Below, piece by piece: positions 63,104-64,000 of a DNA stretch of 64,000 nucleotides. The stretch's first letter is position 1; the number at the start of each line of letters is the position of its first letter. The notes under the pieces were generated by a model. The model was given only the letters and a program-made list of their open reading frames with translations. It was not told the DNA's origin and ran no database searches. The DNA comes from an uncultured Vicinamibacterales bacterium (GTDB taxonomy: Bacteria > Acidobacteriota > Vicinamibacteria > Vicinamibacterales > JAKQTR01), in contig CAYJPV010000011.1 in NCBI GenBank assembly GCA_964372095.1, positions 14,252 through 78,251 of the forward strand, in the 5' to 3' direction. Position numbers and translations under genes: made by a program.

Positions 63104-64000
63104 ATGACCCAGAAACAGACACCAGACCAGCGCACCTCCCTCGCCCTCGACTCGGCCCAGACCCTTCACCGCATGCTCGGGAAGCCGCCGGCATCCTGGA
63201 CGGCCGACGACCTCGCCGAACTGGTCCGCGATCAGGGCATCCGCGTGCTGTCGCTCATGCATGTCGGCGGCGATGGCTGGCTGAAGACTCTCGACTTCGT
63301 GCCGCGCGACGCTGCGCATCTCAGGGACATCCTGGCCGGCGGCGAACGCGCGGACGGCTCGAGCCTCTTTGGGGATCTTGGCATTCCCGTCGGCGCCTCC
63401 GACATCGTGATGCGTCCGCGGCTCTCGTCGGCCTTTCTCGACCCGTTCGCGCCGGAACCCACACTCGCCGTGCTGTGCAGTCACTTCAACCGGCAGGGCC
63501 AGCCCCTGGCCGAGTCGCCGGACACGCTCGTTCGCGCCGCCCACGCCAGACTGGCACGGGAGACCGGTATTGAACTGCACGCGCTGGGCGAGATCGAGTA
63601 CTTCCTGGGCCACCGCGGCGAGGAAGGCGAAGCCTACGGCGCCAACGAGCGCGGGTATCATGCCAGTTCGCCATTTGTGTTCGGGGAGGCGTTGCGGCGC
63701 AAGGCCCTTGTCCACCTCGCCGAGATGGGCGTCCCGGTGAAGTACGGCCATGCGGAAGTCGGGTACGTCGAAGCCGATGCCGTCGACAGCCGCGTGTGGG
63801 AGCAGCACGAGATCGAGCTCTGGCTGCAACCCCTGCCCGAGGCCGCCGACGCCGTGGTCCTGACCCAGTGGGTCCTTCGTAACCTCGCACTCCGCGCCGG
63901 CATGCTCTGCAGCTTCGCGCCGATGGCCCGGAAAGGTCACGCCGGCAGCGGGATGCACTTTCACTTCGCCCCGCACGTCGAACACGGGTACAGGCCCCAC
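63104..64000 (+). CDS. Glutamine synthetase family protein (5' part; continues beyond the window)
   Basis: Not in the supplied track because there is no stop in the window. ATG 63104 follows GGAG by 7 nt. KYGHAEVG ... WEQHEIEL and FAPMARKGHAGSGMHFHF match GS catalytic motifs. Confidence 0.8.
   Translation, partial: MTQKQTPDQRTSLALDSAQTLHRMLGKPPASWTADDLAELVRDQGIRVLSLMHVGGDGWLKTLDFVPRDAAHLRDILAGGERADGSSLFGDLGIPVGASDIVMRPRLSSAFLDPFAPEPTLAVLCSHFNRQGQPLAESPDTLVRAAHARLARETGIELHALGEIEYFLGHRGEEGEAYGANERGYHASSPFVFGEALRRKALVHLAEMGVPVKYGHAEVGYVEADAVDSRVWEQHEIELWLQPLPEAADAVVLTQWVLRNLALRAGMLCSFAPMARKGHAGSGMHFHFAPHVEHGYRPH

Overview
GC-rich, densely packed bacterial chromosomal segment. I call about 49 protein-coding genes. 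I recognised no rRNA, tRNA, CRISPR array, transposase or integrase. Two genes that run off the window edges are missing from the supplied ORF track: hpnE at 1..1349 (-) and a glutamine-synthetase-family gene at 63104..64000 (+). Most long ORFs antisense to well-supported genes are high-GC artefacts. Gene content includes hopanoid hpnC-hpnD-hpnE, many secreted M1/M14/M24/S9 peptidases and amidohydrolases, a TPR Ser/Thr kinase, two ECF sigma factors and a sigma54 activator. This suggests a soil Acidobacteriota-like organism, but that is inference only. Main observations: (1) A sigma54-controlled cassette at 23908..30504 encodes an NtrC-type regulator, a consensus -24/-12 promoter, a radical SAM/SPASM maturase with an N-terminal RRE-like extension, an unannotated 32-aa ORF with an ideal SD, a family-5 solute-binding lipoprotein and a translationally coupled histidine kinase. 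I read this as a candidate RiPP or peptide-signal circuit. (2) Almost every longer intergenic spacer is filled with tandem arrays of 7-nt units from at least 12 unit families. The arrays often form inverted pairs around a conserved core. Several fit the canonical G-quadruplex motif, and many donate the TAG stop codon of the flanking gene. (3) A second repeat family consists of REP-like palindromes (GTAGCCCCGGACCT-N4-AGGTCCGGGG and GTAGCCCCGGGGCT-N3-AGCCCCGGGG), one of them in frame inside hpnC. (4) A 197-nt nested-stem element with a large central bubble lies in the hpnD-hpnE spacer and has 6S-RNA-like architecture. (5) A translationally coupled SNF2 helicase and a 1162-aa Eco57I-like N6-adenine methyltransferase form an orphan defence-like pair with no recognisable nuclease partner. 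(6) The ytxJ coding sequence carries an anomalous CCC-only proline tract. The rest of the window is ordinary housekeeping: lpdA-E2-lipB, queF, panE, HU, mutY/mutT, ygfZ and a hybrid-kinase/Hpt/HD-GYP phosphorelay.
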